From the NCBI GenBank assembly GCA_043779265.1, contig JAYWEM010000138.1, forward strand, positions 1-35,755: a stretch of DNA of 35,755 bases, read 5' to 3'. The notes under the pieces are model-generated. The model was given only the letters and a program-made list of their open reading frames with translations, had not been told where the DNA came from and made no database searches. A program made the position numbers and the translations under genes. Origin of the DNA: a bacterium. Lineage in GTDB: Bacteria; Eisenbacteria; RBG-16-71-46. This document shows positions 34,060 through 35,755 of this stretch, piece by piece (position 1 is the stretch's first letter; each line of letters starts with the position of its first letter).

Positions 34060-35636
34060 GGCGTGAGTTCTCCTTCGGGGTTGGGGTTGGGGGTGAAGCA
34101 CAGGGCGTACTGCTGGGCGGGACGCAGGTAGCGTGCGAGCGGGATGACCCGTGCGTGTGTCGCCGACGGTGCGGCAGGCGTGGCGAGTTCGAGCATGCGC
34201 TTGAGGCGGTGAACGTCGAGCATGTCGACAGCGAGCGCGGTGACGCACACGGCCTCGACGCGTTCGGCACCGTGGCGCTTGGCCAGGCCGAGCAGGGCGT
34301 AGACACGACGCATGCGGGTCCAGGGCAGCGGCACGTCGAGCAGCGCGTGGGCGTAGCGACCGATCGCCTCGCCGTGTCGGGCGGCCTGGCTTTCGAGGAA
34401 CGCGACATCCCGCCGTGCATAGGCGCCCTTCTCGGCCGGGAAGTCGTTCGGGTCGGTGGAGCGCTGCCCCGGTGGAACGCGAGGATGGGTCTTGACCAGC
34501 ACCAGTCGGTCGTAGAAGCACACGAGGGCGGAGTCGGCGCGCGCGGTCAGGCGCCGGCCAACGAGACGCGTGGGCAGCGAGTACAGGGCGCGGGCGACCT
34601 GGGCGTGCTGGTCGCGAGCCACCTTGGGCTCGCACCACAGCGGCAGGTCGTAGCGCGACGTGGGCGCCGGCAGCAGGAACGCGCGTTCCTCGGCCTCGAA
34701 GTGCTCACGCGGCAGACGCTGGGTGGTGCCATGTCGGTGCATACCGTAGTCGTCCTGGCACCAGTGCCGGGCGTGGTCGCGGGACGGTTCGACCTCGGTG
34801 AAGTGCTCGCCGGCGAAGCAGTCGTCGCGCACCGTCGATACCGAGCGTTCGACGCGCGCCTTGTCGCGCGGATGCCGGGCTCGGGTCGCGTCGATGTGGA
34901 AGCCGCGGCTCTGGGCGTACTCGAGGAACGCGCGCGTGAAGCGCGGCTCGAGCGGATCGGCGTCCTGGACGATCGTCTTGGTGTTGTCCGGGATCAGGGT
35001 GCGGAACACGCCGCCGTAGAACTCCCACGCCGCCTCGCACGCCTCGATTGCCGTGGCGGTGGTCTCGCTCAGGCACGGATAGACGAACCGGTAGCGCGAC
35101 ACGCCGGGCGTGAAGATCCAGGCGCGCAGCCGCCGCCGCTTGCCCGAGGCGTCGGGCTCCAGGGACATCATCCAACCCGTATCGACCTGCAGCTCGTCGC
35201 CGGGCTTGCCGTCCGCGAGCGGGATCGTCGCCGCGGTCCGCCCGAAGTCGAGCTCGACGATCGCGAACCGGCGCAGCGTCGGATACGACACCTCGACACC
35301 GCGGCGCCGGAGCAGCTTGCGGATCTTGGTCAGTCGCACCCGCGCCTGCAGGTGCGAGGCGATGAACTCGCGCTGCCCGGCGCACACCGCCCAGTCCTCG
35401 CCGCGCTGCCGGCCCCAACCGGGCTGCAGCGCGGCCACCACGGCAGCGACCTGCCCGTCGTCCAGAGGCCCGTCGCCAGCCGGCCACGCCCCGCACCCCT
35501 GCGCCACCCGCAGGTAGCGCCGGACGGTCTTGATGTCGAGGCCCAGCTGCGCCGCGATCCGCTTCTTCGCGGCCCCGGCGCACCACAGCCTCAGGACTTC
35601 CTTGATCTCCAGCATCGTGACCTCGCGATAGCTCAT
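34056..35636 (-). CDS. istA: IS21-family DDE transposase IstA
   Basis: N-terminal HTH (IAAQLGLDIKTVRRYL), PGDELQVD, IPDNTK, DKARVER, HGTT and YSLP motifs; AGGAGG RBS. Confidence 0.95.
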   Translation of the reverse strand: MSYREVTMLEIKEVLRLWCAGAAKKRIAAQLGLDIKTVRRYLRVAQGCGAWPAGDGPLDDGQVAAVVAALQPGWGRQRGEDWAVCAGQREFIASHLQARVRLTKIRKLLRRRGVEVSYPTLRRFAIVELDFGRTAATIPLADGKPGDELQVDTGWMMSLEPDASGKRRRLRAWIFTPGVSRYRFVYPCLSETTATAIEACEAAWEFYGGVFRTLIPDNTKTIVQDADPLEPRFTRAFLEYAQSRGFHIDATRARHPRDKARVERSVSTVRDDCFAGEHFTEVEPSRDHARHWCQDDYGMHRHGTTQRLPREHFEAEERAFLLPAPTSRYDLPLWCEPKVARDQHAQVARALYSLPTRLVGRRLTARADSALVCFYDRLVLVKTHPRVPPGQRSTDPNDFPAEKGAYARRDVAFLESQAARHGEAIGRYAHALLDVPLPWTRMRRVYALLGLAKRHGAERVEAVCVTALAVDMLDVHRLKRMLELATPAAPSATHARVIPLARYLRPAQQYALCFTPNPNPEGELTP

Positions 35637-35755
35637 GGACCCTCCTGGGGAGGGGTCCTAGCCGCTTGGTCACGCGGGGGGGGGAATGGTTCTGAAAATC
35701 TCAGCTCAGAGGGGGGGAATGATTCTGCAAAGCTGGCCCTGCGGGGGTCCCATCA

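Larger units (their letters stand above)
33202..35755 (-). mobile_element. IS21-family element 2 (istA-istB), apparently intact; its far terminus lies just beyond the window
   Basis: Begins TGTCGG at 33202 with repeats TTTTCAGAACCATGGGACCCC (33208-33228) and TTTGCAGAACCATTCCCCCCC (33232-33252). Inverted copies lie at 35679-35698, 35711-35731 and, partially, 35743-35755. Confidence 0.92.

Noticed and set aside
34060..34638. Open frame upstream of istB2 overlapping istA, suggesting a frameshifted IstA-IstB fusion
   Set aside because: istB2 has its own RBS and an ATGA overlap, I saw no slippery site, and the extension looks like GC-rich off-frame sequence.
2..35673. Many long alternative ORFs (e.g. 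2..910 +, 1026..2594 +, 4346..6364 -, 18850..20388 +, 20998..23076 -, 24346..25695 -)
   Set aside because: They are antisense or off-frame shadows of well-supported genes, are Arg/Pro/Ala-rich without motifs, and are expected at this GC content.
35676..35684. G9 homopolymer as a phase-variation tract
   Set aside because: It is non-coding and part of the IS21 end repeat, whose sister copies have 7 G/C.
33208..35755. Short spaced repeats resembling a CRISPR array
   Set aside because: There are only 2-3 copies per site, inverted across istAB, and no cas genes. They are IS21 terminal repeats.

Overview
GC-rich bacterial window with about 20 intact host genes and an insertion-sequence cluster at the right end. 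Four secreted proteins carry FlgD-Ig/T9SS-type C-terminal sorting domains and there is a PorV-like barrel. This suggests a diderm of the wider FCB group, possibly Ca. Eisenbacteria-like (inference only). From left to right: a PQQ/sorbosone-type sugar dehydrogenase cut by the window edge; the glyoxylate shunt (aceB-aceA); DUF2891; yciH; a GAF-SpoIIE phosphatase; and a 31-codon remnant of a carbon-nitrogen hydrolase. Next is the main find, a five-gene minus-strand operon (7079-20958) in which every junction overlaps. It encodes a ~2,650-aa repetitive surface protein with a sorting CTD, a PorV-like barrel fused to a TPR-like tail, a membrane sensor-HAMP-PP2C-RsbW-type kinase fusion, a STAS protein and a GAF histidine kinase. 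That is a candidate secretion-coupled, trans-envelope partner-switching system. After it come a divergent secreted endonuclease I, a His-box membrane hydroxylase/desaturase, a DEAD-box helicase coupled to a methyltransferase, a Gly-rich secreted protein, YaiI/YqxD, a MoaD/ThiS plus BNR-propeller pair, and another CTD protein between two IS3 remnants. The window ends with an IS21 element inserted into the istB of a different IS21 element. I saw no rRNA, tRNA or CRISPR array. All family calls come from motif recognition by eye, not from database searches.
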